A DNA stretch of 64,000 nucleotides from the NCBI GenBank assembly GCA_035626155.1, contig DASPOF010000108.1:45286-109285 (forward strand), in the 5' to 3' direction. The stretch is from Candidatus Binataceae bacterium. Its GTDB lineage: Bacteria; Desulfobacterota; Binatia; Binatales; Binataceae. Of this stretch, positions 63,801 to 64,000 are shown piece after piece; within the stretch, counting starts at the first letter, position 1, and every line of letters starts with the position of its first letter. The position numbers and the translations under genes were made by a program. Under the pieces are notes generated by a model. That model saw nothing but the letters and a program-made list of their open reading frames with translations, did no database searches and was not told the origin of the DNA.

Positions 63801-63831
63801 AGCGCCGGGTCCGCGCTCCGGACCCGGCGCT
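63801..63831 (+). terminator. Strong hairpin downstream of the SCP2 gene (possible terminator without a U-tract)
   Basis: 13-bp perfect stem: AGCGCCGGGTCCG, loop cgctc, CGGACCCGGCGCT, 33 nt after the stop codon. No T-run follows, so the terminator function is uncertain. Confidence 0.4.
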
Positions 63832-63888
63832 CCAACACTGCCAATATCACTCCCCGGATTGAAATAGCTCGAAGTGTTTAACTCGCGT

Positions 63889-63906
63889 CACTGATCGCGA
63901 TCAGTG
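63889..63906. repeat. Perfect 18-bp palindrome CACTGATCGCGATCAGTG in an AT-rich non-coding tail
   Basis: The sequence equals its own reverse complement. Candidate dimeric-regulator operator. The downstream context is outside the window. Confidence 0.4.
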
Positions 63907-64000
63907 CGCTAGCAAGGAATAGTTTAAGTCACCGAGCAACGAGCTAAGGCGGCTGCGAGCGCGGATGCCATCGTGCTATTCCCGCTCGGCCTTCACAAAA

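Overview
High-GC bacterial chromosomal segment, roughly two-thirds G+C by eye. It is densely coding on both strands, with about 50 supportable protein genes. I found no rRNA, tRNA, CRISPR array, transposase or integrase. Content is mostly core metabolism. Genes called: metH (partial, runs off the left edge), hisH-hisF with a translationally coupled short lumazine synthase, threonine dehydratase, and three acyl-CoA dehydrogenase family genes. There is also a ClC/CBS chloride channel and a nitrogen block (PII-like protein, APC permease, PP2C phosphatase, Hanks kinase, ammonium transporter, then an Lrp/AsnC regulator coupled to gltB-gltD). Further genes are glycolate oxidase glcDEF with a divergent glyoxylate/serine aminotransferase, gyrB-gyrA, dsbD, ribBA, and a galactose salvage set (NTP-transferase, galK, GH36 alpha-galactosidase). 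The right end carries an MFS pump, selA, dodecin and an SCP2 protein. Most interesting observations, in order. (1) Two track ORFs (19999..20373 and 20422..21174) are one gene interrupted only by an in-frame TGA that sits exactly on the first Cys of a W-C-P-x-C redox motif. A perfect hairpin lies downstream and selA is in the same window. This reads as a secreted selenocysteine peroxiredoxin-like protein fused to a DsbD-alpha-like domain. (2) A PP2C phosphatase and a sensor-less membrane-anchored Ser/Thr kinase are translationally coupled to amt in place of the usual glnK partner. (3) A divergent PII protein is paired with an APC permease, and each has a canonical-spacing sigma-54 promoter. (4) The GTP cyclohydrolase II half of ribBA has lost its zinc-ligand cysteines. 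(5) Two unusual multidomain proteins are present: a ferredoxin / Pro-Ala linker / zinc-ribbon fusion, and a zinc-ribbon / TM / TonB_C-like / 2xBON protein. Many long ORFs in the track are antisense or wrong-frame shadows typical of high-GC DNA and are rejected. All family assignments come from motif recognition by eye; no database search was run.
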